A DNA stretch of 64,000 bases from a virus. Taxonomy: Duplodnaviria; Caudoviricetes. Each line of letters opens with the position of its first letter. Within the stretch, counting starts at the first letter, position 1. The position numbers and the translations under genes are program-made. Positions 46,518 through 56,226 of this stretch are shown one piece after another. Below the pieces are notes generated by a model. That model was not told the origin of the DNA. It saw only the letters and a program-made list of their open reading frames with translations, and did no database searches. Where the stretch lies: positions 2,176 to 66,175 of IMG/VR virus record IMGVR_UViG_2930305612_000002; one strand, given 5' to 3'.

Positions 46518-46828
46518 TGGTTCTCCTCGGTGTCGTCGTCGGGTGTGCAGGTGCCGCATTCGCAGGGGCTGTTGTCCTGGGTGCCAGCCCGGAGCCGGTC
46601 AAGGGCGGCTATCCACAGGCCGGGCGGGTGCGTGGGTGGCGGGTCCGGGGGCCGGGTGCCGACCGGCCAGGCACCAGGCCGGTGACCGGGCGGCGGGGGC
46701 GGCTTGACGGGGGCGGGCTTCTCGCGGCGGGCTTTGCCATTGGTGATCTGCTGTCGCATGAACGCCCGGAAGTCCGCGCCGCCGTTCTCGGCGCGCATCG
46801 CCTTCACGTCATCCGAGTCGACGTCCAT
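46514..46828 (-). CDS. Hypothetical protein
   Basis: Start overlaps loader stop; GHRPGAWP. Confidence 0.6.
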   Translation of the reverse strand: MDVDSDDVKAMRAENGGADFRAFMRQQITNGKARREKPAPVKPPPPPGHRPGAWPVGTRPPDPPPTHPPGLWIAALDRLRAGTQDNSPCECGTCTPDDDTEENQ

Positions 46829-47547
46829 CACGACGCCTCGCGTCGGCGGTCGCGGCCGTTGATCTCGACGACGGTCGTCATCTGGGAGAGGCGGGAGGTG
46901 ATCCGTTCGCCGAGCTTGTCGACGAGGTCCGGCCCGTCTGCGCACTGGGTCGGCAGGTTGCTGGTGATGATCAGCGGGCAGCATTCGTTGTACCGGGCGT
47001 TCAGCAGCCGGTACGTGGCTTCCTCGGTGAACTCGCTGATCTTCTCGGTGCCGAGGTCGTCGATGAGCAGCAGCGGGGCGCGCATGAGCCGCTTCACTTC
47101 GTACTCGGGCCCGTTGTCGCTGCCCTTGGGGCGGAGCAGGGCGTACATGTCGGGGGCGGTGAGGGCGATGACCTCATACCGCTCCGGCCCGGCGTCGGCG
47201 ATCCGGCGCAGCGCCCCGTAAGCCTCGTGCGTCTTGCCGGTGCCGAACGGGCCGGTGAGCAGCAGGAACCCGGCCGCCTTCGGGGTGGTTGCCGCCCGGT
47301 CGGCCCAGGCGATGACGTCGGGGTGGGTGGCGGTCGCCGTCTGGTAGCGGTACGGGGTGGCGGTGGCCCAGCGCTTGAGGGCCCAGTCGGCGCGCCGCTT
47401 GCGGTGGTACTCGGGGTGGCCGGGCTCGGCCGGCTCGGGCTCGTCGTCGATGGGGCCGGGTTCGACGTGGTCGAGGCCGCGGGCTTCGAGGATGCGTTGG
47501 AAGCGGCGGGTGACCGCTTCGCCTCCGAGGGTCTGGGGGTCGGGCAT
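46828..47547 (-). CDS. DnaC/IstB-like AAA+ helicase loader
   Basis: GPFGTGKT, LLLIDDLGTE, IITSN, GERITSRL. Confidence 0.9.
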   Translation of the reverse strand: MPDPQTLGGEAVTRRFQRILEARGLDHVEPGPIDDEPEPAEPGHPEYHRKRRADWALKRWATATPYRYQTATATHPDVIAWADRAATTPKAAGFLLLTGPFGTGKTHEAYGALRRIADAGPERYEVIALTAPDMYALLRPKGSDNGPEYEVKRLMRAPLLLIDDLGTEKISEFTEEATYRLLNARYNECCPLIITSNLPTQCADGPDLVDKLGERITSRLSQMTTVVEINGRDRRREAS

Positions 47548-47549
47548 GG

Positions 47550-48503
47550 TCAGAATCCCTTCGAGTAGTCGACGTTCTTGGGCAGCTGGAAGGGCCGGTA
47601 GCCGTCACCGGACACGGCTCGCAGCTGGGGCTTGCCGGGGGTGTCGGGCTCGTCGTCGTAGCAGCCCTTGTTCAGCCAGGTCGCCGGGTGCTTCGTGAAC
47701 TTGGGGTCCTCGCCGGCCCGCTCTCTGGCGTAGCCCTGGGCGGCGTCGACGATGTGCTGCGGGTCGGCTCCGCGCTCGATGGCGGCGACCCACGCCTTCT
47801 TGGCTTCCTCGCGGGACTTCTTCTTCGGGTACGTCAGCCAGAAGGCGCCGAAGGCTTCGAGGTGGTGATCCTGCTGCGGGCCGCCCTTGGCGAGCGCCGG
47901 GGAGATGGCAGCAACGGGAGGAGCCGGGGCGTCGGTCTGAGCCGCAGGCGAAGAAGAGTCTTTGGTTACTGGTGGTTGAGCTGACGGTTGGTTGGTGGTT
48001 AGGGCGGCACTGCGTGCGTTACATACGGACGTAGAATCCGTTACGTAACGCAGTTCAAGTGCGTTACTAACGGACGCAGAATCCGTTACATCGCTCTCGG
48101 TAACGGACGTAGAATTCGTTACGCGCTTGGCCTGGCGGTGCTTGCGAACACGAGCCGCAGTGGCCTCCCGCTCTGCCTCCTCGGCCCGCTCGATCTCCTC
48201 CCAGTCCGACGCTGGCCGGGTCAAGCTCATCGACAACTGCCACTTGATCCGGTCCTGCACCATGCCGCTGCGACTGATGAGCTTCGCGTCCTCCAGCCGT
48301 CGCAGGGCGCGCTGCACGGTGCGCCGGTCGTAGCCAGTGCGGTACTGGATCCTCAGCACCGAGGGGTGCGCGTTGGAGCCGTCCTTGTGGGCATGCTCGG
48401 CAAGCGCCTGGAGGACGTGGCGCGACGTGGTGTCGGGCTTGCCCTTCTCGGTGCGCAGCATGGGCGCACGGTCCATGGCCCAGTGCACTGCCTCGTTGCT
48501 CAC
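47550..48503 (-). CDS. Phage replication initiator (lambda O-like organisation)
   Basis: N-terminal HTH RRTVQRALRRLE, C-terminal FWLTYPKK...HPATWLN, internal iterons. Confidence 0.85.
   Translation of the reverse strand: MSNEAVHWAMDRAPMLRTEKGKPDTTSRHVLQALAEHAHKDGSNAHPSVLRIQYRTGYDRRTVQRALRRLEDAKLISRSGMVQDRIKWQLSMSLTRPASDWEEIERAEEAEREATAARVRKHRQAKRVTNSTSVTESDVTDSASVSNALELRYVTDSTSVCNARSAALTTNQPSAQPPVTKDSSSPAAQTDAPAPPVAAISPALAKGGPQQDHHLEAFGAFWLTYPKKKSREEAKKAWVAAIERGADPQHIVDAAQGYARERAGEDPKFTKHPATWLNKGCYDDEPDTPGKPQLRAVSGDGYRPFQLPKNVDYSKGF
48015..48122. repeat. Iterons, putative replication origin
   Basis: ACGGACGYAGAATYCGTTAC at 48025, 48070, 48103; locally AT-richer. Confidence 0.75.
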
Positions 48504-48735
48504 GGGATCTTCTTCCTGGCGGTACGGATAAGGCGGGGAGCGGGCCGGCCGGAACCGGTCTCGCGGAGCGGCTACTCGGGAGCGCTGGGGCAGTTGTGCG
48601 GGAGGTCGACTTGCTGCCCGTCGATGCAGTGGCGCCACCAGCCGGGCCTGCCGGGAATTGCGATGGGTGGCCAGCCGGACGTAGCGGTGACTTCGTGGGG
48701 CACGGGTGGGTCGTCGCGGACGACGTGGAGGTGAC

Positions 48736-49443
48736 TCATGCCGCGGCTCGCTGCGTGCTGAGGACGCGGGCTGCGTGAACCCCGATCGCCTCGGCGTAGG
48801 CGGGCGGGATCGCCTCGGCGATCTCTTTGCGGACGTCGGTCCAGTCGATGCCCATGGCCTGCTGCCAGTCGGCGATCGTTCCCTTGCCGCCGCCCTCGCC
48901 GTAGACGGCGAAGTACGGGCCGGTGAACCACTGGCCGTGCCGCATGCCGGCGACCCGGCCGCGGTGCTTGAGGTGCTTGGGTTGCGGCATCGACCATCCG
49001 CCGAGCTCGAAGTTGCGGTGGCGTAGCACGCCGAGGCCGAACATTTCGCCGCAGAGCTTGATGTCGACGCGCATCCGCTTCGCCGCCTTGCCGGGCGGCT
49101 GCTCGATGGCGTAGGGGCGGCCGGCGGATTCGAGGGCGTCCCTCGTCGGCTCCAGCAGGTCGGGGTACTCGAACTTCCCGGCATTGGTGCCCGCGGTAAG
49201 GGTGCAGTCGTGCTGGCACGGGGGTCCGGCGTGGATGAGGTCGTACTCGTGGCCGTGGGCGCGGATGTACTCGATGGCGTCACCCTGGATGAACTCGTCC
49301 CCGCAGTAGCGGGGCTGGTCGGCGAGGTCAATGCCGGTGACGTGGAAGCCGGCCCGCTGGTAGCCGCGGGTGCATCCACCGACACCGCAGAAGGCGGCGA
49401 GGAGACGGAGACCGTTGGAGAGGGGCGGCTGGAATGCAGTCAA
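48736..49443 (-). CDS. Short C5 cytosine DNA methyltransferase-like protein; start uncertain
   Basis: FCGVGG, GPPCQ, EAIPPAY. Confidence 0.8.
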   Translation of the reverse strand: MTAFQPPLSNGLRLLAAFCGVGGCTRGYQRAGFHVTGIDLADQPRYCGDEFIQGDAIEYIRAHGHEYDLIHAGPPCQHDCTLTAGTNAGKFEYPDLLEPTRDALESAGRPYAIEQPPGKAAKRMRVDIKLCGEMFGLGVLRHRNFELGGWSMPQPKHLKHRGRVAGMRHGQWFTGPYFAVYGEGGGKGTIADWQQAMGIDWTDVRKEIAEAIPPAYAEAIGVHAARVLSTQRAAA

Positions 49444-49632
49444 GGAATCCCCCTGGGTGGAGGCGGATATGGGGGCCGAGTGGGCGCACGGAACCAGGCC
49501 CGTGTGGTCGCCAGCTTTCGCGTCGGCGTGCTTCGAGAGTACCGCAGGGTGTGTAGTCACCCGCAATACATCAGCAACACGATTAGAGCGCGGGAGGTGT
49601 GTAGTCAGTGCCCAGTCAGCTACGCTGTCGAC

Positions 49633-49821
49633 ATGACGACGAAGGGGACGCCCGGCCGCATGGTCCGCATCGATGACGAGATGTGGGAGGCCTACGGGCA
49701 GCTGTGCGCGGAAGAGGGCACGTCGCGCGCCGACGACATTCGCCGTCACGTCCACTCGCGCGTCAACGCCTGGCGCAAGAAGCAGGCCATTCAGCGCCGG
49801 CTGGCCACTCAGGACGACTGA
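49633..49821 (+). CDS. Ribbon-helix-helix protein
   Basis: RMVRIDDEMWEAYGQLCAEEGTSRADDIRRHV; followed by hairpin at ~49846-49871. Confidence 0.75.
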   Translation: MTTKGTPGRMVRIDDEMWEAYGQLCAEEGTSRADDIRRHVHSRVNAWRKKQAIQRRLATQDD

Positions 49822-49880
49822 CTGCATATCCCCTCCTCCTCCGGACCCCGCGGCGTTCACCGCGGGGCTTTGTCGTGCGG

Positions 49881-50300
49881 TCAGGCGGCGGCTTGCCGCT
49901 TCGCCCTGGCCTTGGCGCGCTGTTGGCGGCTGGCTTCCTTGGCGCCGTCCTTGCAGGCTCGGCAGCGGCAGCCCTTGGTGTAGCCGCAGCGCCCGTGCTG
50001 GGAGCGGCCGATGTCGATCGGCAGCGGGTCCGTGTCGACGGGCGGGGGCTGCCAGCCGTGGGCTTTCCAGCCGGCGACGGTGTTGCGGTCGGAGCCGACA
50101 CGCCTGCCGATCGCGGAGAAGTCGAGGCCGCGGCCGTCGAGGATCTGGGCGGCGCGGATCTTCTCGGGGACGGTCAGCTGTACCGGTTCGCCGTTGAGCG
50201 CGTACTCGATCGCGATGAGGTCGAGGTCGTCCTCGTAGGTGCGGGTGGTGGAGGCGTGGATGTAGGCGCGGTCGCCACCGATGCGGGTCGCGGCGGTCAT
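49881..50300 (-). CDS. HTH / Zn-binding protein
   Basis: DLIAIEYALNG, IGRRVGSDRNTV, HG...Y..GCRCRAC. Confidence 0.65.
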   Translation of the reverse strand: MTAATRIGGDRAYIHASTTRTYEDDLDLIAIEYALNGEPVQLTVPEKIRAAQILDGRGLDFSAIGRRVGSDRNTVAGWKAHGWQPPPVDTDPLPIDIGRSQHGRCGYTKGCRCRACKDGAKEASRQQRAKARAKRQAAA

Positions 50301-50659
50301 GCGGCTTTCTCCGTCCGTGCGGCGCGCTGGGCGGCGATGGCGTGGCCCTTGGCGGTCAACTTCCAGACGCTGAGGCGGTGTCCGTGGGTGGGGCCGGAGG
50401 TGGACGGGACCATGGCGCCGGTGTGCTCGATGACCCCGGCATTCCGGAGCCCGTTGATGGCGGCGCCTAGGTAGCCGTGGCCCATGTCGGGGAGGACGTC
50501 GCGCAGGTCGTTGCAGCTGAACTCCTTGTTCTCGCTGCCGAAGATGAGGACGGCCTGCTCGACGAGGAAGAGCGACCACTGGGACTGCTGGACTATGTCG
50601 GCGAGGAGTGCGTTCTTGTCCGTGGCGGCGAGACGCTCGGCGACAGAGAGGCGGGTCAT
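50297..50659 (-). CDS. Winged-helix-like hypothetical protein
   Basis: EFSCNDLR...PSTSGPTHGHRLSVW. Confidence 0.65.
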   Translation of the reverse strand: MTRLSVAERLAATDKNALLADIVQQSQWSLFLVEQAVLIFGSENKEFSCNDLRDVLPDMGHGYLGAAINGLRNAGVIEHTGAMVPSTSGPTHGHRLSVWKLTAKGHAIAAQRAARTEKAA

Positions 50660-50788
50660 GGCAGGCTCCTTTCGGAGATGAATGGGACACCTGGGTTATG
50701 TGGGGGCTGGCGTGAAATGTGACGCGGAGCTTTCATGGAGTCCGGGAGCCGCCGCAGGTTCGGGCCGCGGCGGCTCCCGAAAAGCGGG

Positions 50789-51742
50789 TTAGCTGGCGTT
50801 CTTGAGTGCGGTGCCGCGCTCGCGGATATAGGCGCCGAGGTTGGTGGCCTGCTGCGTCTTCGGGTGCGTGTACGGCGTAGCCAGCGCGCTGGCAGCTTCG
50901 AGCTCCCGGTAGAGGGCTAGCAGGCTGTCGGGGGTGGCGTCGTCGGCGTTGGCGCGGCGGATCCAGGCGTCCCTGTCGACGTCCTTGGCTCCGTCGCGCA
51001 GCCAGTCCAGATAGGGCTTGGCGATGTCGCGGGCGCCGTCCGGCTGGTTGAGGAACAGGCCCCTGAACGCGGGGCATCGGGACTTGATGAACCGGAGCCG
51101 GTTGTCCTTGTCCATCTCGGCCGCGACACCGAACTCGAACTCGATGCCCTTGCGCTGCTCGGCGCGCATCCCCATGTTGACCGGCGCCCCGCCTTCGAGG
51201 ACCCAGTGGACGTAGGACCGCATCGTGACGACCACGTGCCCGGGGTAGGTCATGAGCGCTTCGATCATTTCGTTCTGGATCGGGGTGCCGTCCTTCCAGC
51301 CGGCGAACTTGTTGCCGCCGTACTTGGACTTGGCCTTCTCGACCTGGTCGAGGGTGCCGTCGGCGCCCTTCCAGTAGTGGCTGAGGGAGTCGACCATCAC
51401 GACCGGGTATCCGGCCTTGGCTGCGGCGGCCAGGGCCTTCTGGAGATCACGCGGGTCGTAGCGGTGCATGGGCAGGGTGTCGAAGGTGACGTCGAGGTCG
51501 TTGACGTACAGGGCTGCGGCGCCGCGCTCGGTGTCGATGACGGCGAACCGCTGGCCTTCGGCGAGGCCGCTGGCGATGCGCAGTCCGGTCCACGTCTTGC
51601 CGGACCCGGAGGGGCCCTGGAGGGCGACGGTGGCGGTGAAGCCGTCCTTGGTAGCCGGGCGGAAGGTGAACGGTCCGTCCTCGTACTCATCGTTCGACTG
51701 CTGCGGCGGGCGTCCGGTGCGGACGGGAGGGGGCAGGGTCAC
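50789..51742 (-). CDS. Sak4-like AAA ATPase (recombination)
   Basis: GPSGSGKT, VIDTE, MVDSLSH, EFEF; next to exonuclease. Confidence 0.85.
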   Translation of the reverse strand: MTLPPPVRTGRPPQQSNDEYEDGPFTFRPATKDGFTATVALQGPSGSGKTWTGLRIASGLAEGQRFAVIDTERGAAALYVNDLDVTFDTLPMHRYDPRDLQKALAAAAKAGYPVVMVDSLSHYWKGADGTLDQVEKAKSKYGGNKFAGWKDGTPIQNEMIEALMTYPGHVVVTMRSYVHWVLEGGAPVNMGMRAEQRKGIEFEFGVAAEMDKDNRLRFIKSRCPAFRGLFLNQPDGARDIAKPYLDWLRDGAKDVDRDAWIRRANADDATPDSLLALYRELEAASALATPYTHPKTQQATNLGAYIRERGTALKNAS

Positions 51743-51752
51743 GGCGGGTCTC

Positions 51753-52580
51753 CTAGGTGTACTGGCGCTCAAGCCAGGCGGGCGGTGAGATGAGCGCGGT
51801 CTCGGTCGTGTACGCCGGCCAGTGGCCGGAGGTGCGGCAGGTGTTGTAGATGAACAGGGCGCGCTCGCTGAGCTGGTGGGCGATGTCGCGCCACAGGTCG
51901 AGGCGGACGACGGTCACCAGGTAGGGCGGGTCTTTCTCCTGGAAGATGAAGGGGAACGGGGCCTGCTCGTCGACCAGGCCGAGGGCTGCGGCGCCGCGGC
52001 GGTACCAGTCCTCTTGGACGTGATAGCCGTGCTCCTGGATGGCCTTCTGGATGGCGTCGGGGTGGGCGGAGCGGCAGGTCTTGTAGTCGACGAGCTGGTC
52101 GTCGCGCAGGAAGTCGACCCGGGCCCGGCACCAGACGCCGCCGATCTCCCAGAACAGGGACTGCTCGGCGACCCCGCTGCCGGGGGCGAGGAGGTCGGCC
52201 GCCTCGGGGTCCTCGCTGAGGGCGGTGGCCATGTCGTGGACGCGCTGGAGGTCGGCCCGCTTGAGCGGGATGTCCCCGGCCGCCCGTATGCCCGCCAGCC
52301 GGGCTTTGGTGGCGTTCGTGTCCCACCGGGCCTCGTCGACCAGGACGAGCTCGGGCCCGTCGCCGAGGACGAGCTTGTGGGCGGCGGTGCCGAAGTCGAA
52401 GACCGCCTTGTACGGCTGCGGGTGGGTGAGGTCGTAGTGGAACCGGGCCGGGCACTGGTTGACCAGGGTGCGGGCCCCGGTGGAGGAGAGGCTGCCGCCG
52501 GGGATGGGGTCGCTGTGGTAGAGCTCGGCGGGGATGTCGTACATCCCCGGCACGACGGTCTCCTCGACGGCGGCGCTCAC
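51753..52580 (-). CDS. RecE/DUF3799-like PD-(D/E)XK exonuclease
   Basis: LSSTG, FGTAAH, RARVD, VDYKT, YHVQ, QEKDPPY. Confidence 0.88.
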   Translation of the reverse strand: MSAAVEETVVPGMYDIPAELYHSDPIPGGSLSSTGARTLVNQCPARFHYDLTHPQPYKAVFDFGTAAHKLVLGDGPELVLVDEARWDTNATKARLAGIRAAGDIPLKRADLQRVHDMATALSEDPEAADLLAPGSGVAEQSLFWEIGGVWCRARVDFLRDDQLVDYKTCRSAHPDAIQKAIQEHGYHVQEDWYRRGAAALGLVDEQAPFPFIFQEKDPPYLVTVVRLDLWRDIAHQLSERALFIYNTCRTSGHWPAYTTETALISPPAWLERQYT

Positions 52581-52912
52581 ATGACACCGCCGAGCGGCAC
52601 GGGCCGGGCGCACGGCTCGCACAGTCCGTCCGAGGTGAACGGGCCGTCGGTGTCGGTGCACCGGGTGCACCGCGGGGCGACCATGTCCTTCAGCTGCTGG
52701 ATGCCGTCCTCGTGGTGCTTGGCGAGGAGGATCGCGCCGGCCAGGTCGGGGAACGCCTCGGCGAGGATGGCGGCGTGCTTGCAGTCGGCGCACTCGATGG
52801 CCGCGGCGAGGTGCTGGGTGAACCGGCCGGGCTGCTGGCCGCCGGGGTGGCCGAACATCCACAGGACGTGGCGGGCGGTTTCGGGGGTGATGGTGAGTGG
52901 CGTGGTGCTCAT
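52577..52912 (-). CDS. Hypothetical protein
   Basis: GAAAGG RBS; QPGRFT...LAEAFP. Confidence 0.6.
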   Translation of the reverse strand: MSTTPLTITPETARHVLWMFGHPGGQQPGRFTQHLAAAIECADCKHAAILAEAFPDLAGAILLAKHHEDGIQQLKDMVAPRCTRCTDTDGPFTSDGLCEPCARPVPLGGVM

Positions 52913-53033
52913 GTGGCTGCCTTTCGAATGTCGTGGTGCGGAAGCCGCCGCCCCGCCTGGGGGGTGCGAAGCGGCGGCTCCAGCTGGCCGGAGCGCTGGG
53001 GGGAGGTGCGCTCGACGGCCGTCTTGGGGTGGG

Positions 53034-53573
53034 TCAGGCGGCTTCGGCGAGTTCCGCGATGCGGTTGTGCGCTTCGTTGAACTCGTCGGTGTCGAGGCCG
53101 CACCAGGGGATGCGCCCGGACATGGCGACGAGGATTTCAAGGGCGTTGTAGCCGTCGGCCTTGAACTCGGCGGCTGTCCGCTGCAGCTGCTCGTCGGTGT
53201 ACCGGCCGTTGCTGCTGGCATCCGCACTGGGGCCGAGCGGTTCGCTGGCGGGGGCGATGCAGTACTTGTAGCTGAGCTTCACGAACAGGTCCGTCGCGTC
53301 GATGCTGGCCTTGAGGGCTGCGGCGTCCTGGGTCCAGTCGGCGACGGTGCCGAGGAGTTCGGCTCCGGCGACGGCGTCTTCGCGGAGCATGGCGTCGGCG
53401 ACGGACAGGCCGCTGTGGTGGCCGATGCGCCAGCGGTGGGGGCTGCTGGGGTGCATGCCCTCGGGGATGCGGTAGACGAGGAGGCCGGGGACGATCTCCG
53501 TAGCGTGGTCGATGGTGTACGTCTTGGAGCCGTCGGCCCCGCAGGTGAGGGTGAGTTCACGGAAGGCGCTCAT
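53034..53573 (-). CDS. Hypothetical protein, paralog of 44228..44548
   Basis: VPGLLVYRIP...SPHRWRIGHHSG...ADWT. Confidence 0.65.
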   Translation of the reverse strand: MSAFRELTLTCGADGSKTYTIDHATEIVPGLLVYRIPEGMHPSSPHRWRIGHHSGLSVADAMLREDAVAGAELLGTVADWTQDAAALKASIDATDLFVKLSYKYCIAPASEPLGPSADASSNGRYTDEQLQRTAAEFKADGYNALEILVAMSGRIPWCGLDTDEFNEAHNRIAELAEAA

Positions 53574-53682
53574 GGGGTTCTCCCTGGGATGCTGGTGGGG
53601 CGCCCCGCCGAATTCCCGCCGGCGGGGCGGCCTTAGGTGGATCGCCGGGTCGTGGGCCGGTGGCATCCGACGGCCCGGCGGG

Positions 53683-54474
53683 CTAGGTGGCGTCGATGAG
53701 GTCGGCGATGTGTTCTGCGGCCTTGACGCGTTGGACTGCGAGTTCGGCATTGGCCCGGTTGATTTCCACCAGGAAGGCGCGGCGGCCTTCGAGGACTGCG
53801 GCTACACCGGTGCTGCCGGATCCGGCGCACGGGTCGACGACGAGGTCGCCCATCACTGTCGACGACTCGATGAGTTCGGCCATCAAGGGCACCGGCTTCT
53901 CATTCGAGTGGCGGGCGCTGCCCCGGCCTGGCCGCTGATAGCGCAGGATCGATCCACGGCGCAGGCGGGCCGACAGGTTCCCGGCGCCCTTTTGTCGGTC
54001 GCTGGCCCGCTTTACGTGGACACCGAAGGTGATCCGTTCGTGGCTCGGGCTCCACGCTGCGGTCAGATTCCCGCTACCGAGGTCGACCTTGTCCCACACG
54101 AGATCGGCGGTACCGCCCAAGCGCAGCGGTCCTGTGAGGTCCGTCGGCGTGTAGCCGAAGACGTAAACGTGACGGGACGGGGCCAGGCCTCCATTGAAGG
54201 TGCCTTCAGGGCCAACCCATTTGGCGAGCACTCCGGGCCAGTCGACGGTGCCGTCGTCTCCGGGAATCTCGGTGAACCGTTGGCTGCGGTTGGAGTTGTA
54301 GGCGATGCCATAGGGCGGGTCGGTGGCGAGCAGCCCGTACCAGTCCGGCGCCTGGGCGATGACCTCCGGGTCACGACAGTCGCCCCAGATGATCGTGGCC
54401 CGAGCGGACTGGTGGAGGATCTGCCCGCCGGGCGGCGGGGTCACGGTGACGTTGAGCGTGTCGGTGACAGTCAC
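53683..54474 (-). CDS. Amino (N6-A/N4-C) DNA methyltransferase, beta class
   Basis: DPPY precedes HSNEKP and DPCAGSGST. Confidence 0.9.
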   Translation of the reverse strand: MTVTDTLNVTVTPPPGGQILHQSARATIIWGDCRDPEVIAQAPDWYGLLATDPPYGIAYNSNRSQRFTEIPGDDGTVDWPGVLAKWVGPEGTFNGGLAPSRHVYVFGYTPTDLTGPLRLGGTADLVWDKVDLGSGNLTAAWSPSHERITFGVHVKRASDRQKGAGNLSARLRRGSILRYQRPGRGSARHSNEKPVPLMAELIESSTVMGDLVVDPCAGSGSTGVAAVLEGRRAFLVEINRANAELAVQRVKAAEHIADLIDAT

Positions 54475-54779
54475 AGCACACCTGCTTCGATGCCTGCGAC
54501 AGCCCCGTAGAGGGCGCCCCGCACGTCGGCGACGGTGCAGCCGGTGGCCCATTCGTCGAGGGGCACGTCTTCGTCAGCGCCGGGACTGTCGGGGTTGATC
54601 CACACGGTGACGGCGTCGACGGATTCCTCAACAAGGAGCGAGTCGGTGGTGTCGTCGAAGGGGAGGGTGACGTCGGGACGGCCGTAGACGGCGGCGCGGA
54701 TGCAGCCTTCGGGGTCGGGGCCGTAGAGGAGAGTGAGCTCGGCAGCCCGGTTGAGGATGGTGATCAGGTCGGCGAGCAT
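54471..54779 (-). CDS. Hypothetical protein
   Basis: Overlapping start/stop chain in early operon. Confidence 0.55.
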   Translation of the reverse strand: MLADLITILNRAAELTLLYGPDPEGCIRAAVYGRPDVTLPFDDTTDSLLVEESVDAVTVWINPDSPGADEDVPLDEWATGCTVADVRGALYGAVAGIEAGVL

Positions 54780-55228
54780 CAGGCCACTCCCGTCTGCTGG
54801 TTGCGGGCGCCCCAGCCGGTCTGTCCGGGGTTGGTGACGGCGGTGCCGAGCGCGGCCTGGAGGGTCTTGACGCAGAACGGCTCGGTGGCCTGGTCCTCGA
54901 AGGCGGACGTGTCGCGGACCATCGGCGGGACGGTGACGGCGGTGGCGTTGGCCTCGGCCGCTTCGAACGAGGCGAGGCGGGCTCGCAGATGGAGGTTCTC
55001 CTCGGCAAGGCAGGCGGCGAGCTGCTCGGCTGCGTCGCGGTCTGCTGCGGCCTTCTGCCAGCAGGCGTAGACCTGGTCGCGGTCGTCCATGAGGAGCGCG
55101 AAGAAGTCGTCGGCGGCGGCCTGCCGGTTGAGGAGCAGCCGGTTCTCCTCGCGCAGCTCGGCGGGGGACGCGGCCCGATGCTTGCGCTGCTTCGGTTCCT
55201 GGCGCCGGCCAGGGAGGGTGAGGTTCAT
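54779..55228 (-). CDS. Coiled-coil hypothetical protein
   Basis: ANATAVTVPPMVRDT. Confidence 0.6.
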   Translation of the reverse strand: MNLTLPGRRQEPKQRKHRAASPAELREENRLLLNRQAAADDFFALLMDDRDQVYACWQKAAADRDAAEQLAACLAEENLHLRARLASFEAAEANATAVTVPPMVRDTSAFEDQATEPFCVKTLQAALGTAVTNPGQTGWGARNQQTGVA

Positions 55229-55536
55229 GAGGAGGCCTCCAGCGTCTGCTGGGTCGTGGCGCCCTTGAGGTGCGGGCACCGTGCGCTGAGGTCGACGTCC
55301 CTGCGGTACCGGTCCCAGCCCATGAGCTCCAGGCGGTAGCCCTGCTTCATGTGCCGGTCCCGCTCGCGCTTCGTCGGGTAGATCTGCCGGAGCGCCTGGT
55401 CCTCGGTGGCGAAGGCTTCTCCGTCCCAGGCGGCGGTCAGTGCGCCGACCGGGCAGCCGCACGGCGCGTAGGTGATCCAGCAGCACTTCGTGAGGGGCAG
55501 CGTCTGCCCGTCGATCACGACCATCAGGTCAGGCAT
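55225..55536 (-). CDS. Hypothetical protein
   Basis: W..YAPCGCP. Confidence 0.6.
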   Translation of the reverse strand: MPDLMVVIDGQTLPLTKCCWITYAPCGCPVGALTAAWDGEAFATEDQALRQIYPTKRERDRHMKQGYRLELMGWDRYRRDVDLSARCPHLKGATTQQTLEASS

Positions 55537-56226
55537 GGGTTCCCCCGTGGTTGAGTCGGTAGCCAGCCCAGAAGAGCCCGGCGCTGGTGGCGGTGAGTGC
55601 GGCCATGAGGGCAGCGCACTGGAGCGGGAAGCGGGCCATCACGCACCCGCCTTGACCAGCGCGGCGGTGCGGCGCCGGTTATCGTCGTAGCGGCGGACCC
55701 GGCACGGCGTGCACGTGCAGGTCTGCGAGTGCCGGGCTGCCTTCCGTGCACGGGCGGCAGCCAGGTTGCGGATCAGCGTGGCTTCCTTGCGTGCCGTGAG
55801 GAGCTGGGCGCGGGCGTCGAAGCTGTTCCAGTCGGCGCCCATCAGGCCGCCGCCTCGTAGCCGGGGGCGAACTGCTGGTGGACCTTGGCGATCGCGTCGA
55901 GGTACGTCTCGATCTGCCACGGCTTCCAGTACCGCTCGGGCCCGTAGTAGTCGTGCAGGTCGGCGTCGACCTGGGCGAGCGCCTGCTCTTCCAAGTCCTC
56001 GGCGCGGATGATCGGGATGGGGGTCATGACCCCTCCTCGGCGTTGTGGACCCACAGGAGGCGACGGACGGTGGCCAGGAGCGCGGTGTGCGATGCGGCCA
56101 GCGCGTTGAGGTCCCGGGTGTCTGCGGGCGGGGCTGCGGCGACTTGGGCTTGGGCGTCCGTCAGGGCGTCAGCCAGCAGGCGGGACTCGGCGGTGGGGGC
56201 CCAGGTGGCGTCGATCGTCGGGGCGG

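Noticed and set aside
48015-48122. CRISPR mini-array
   Set aside because: Short unequal spacers (25 and 13 bp), inside a coding gene, no cas genes; fits iterons better
48504-49385. N-terminal extension making the initiator 611 aa
   Set aside because: Overlaps the methyltransferase in another frame; purine-rich RBS supports GTG 48503
51822-53636. 604-aa + strand ORF
   Set aside because: Antisense to the exonuclease and neighbouring early genes; no motifs
48736-54474. Restriction-modification system
   Set aside because: Both DNA methyltransferases lack an adjacent endonuclease; orphan phage enzymes are more likely
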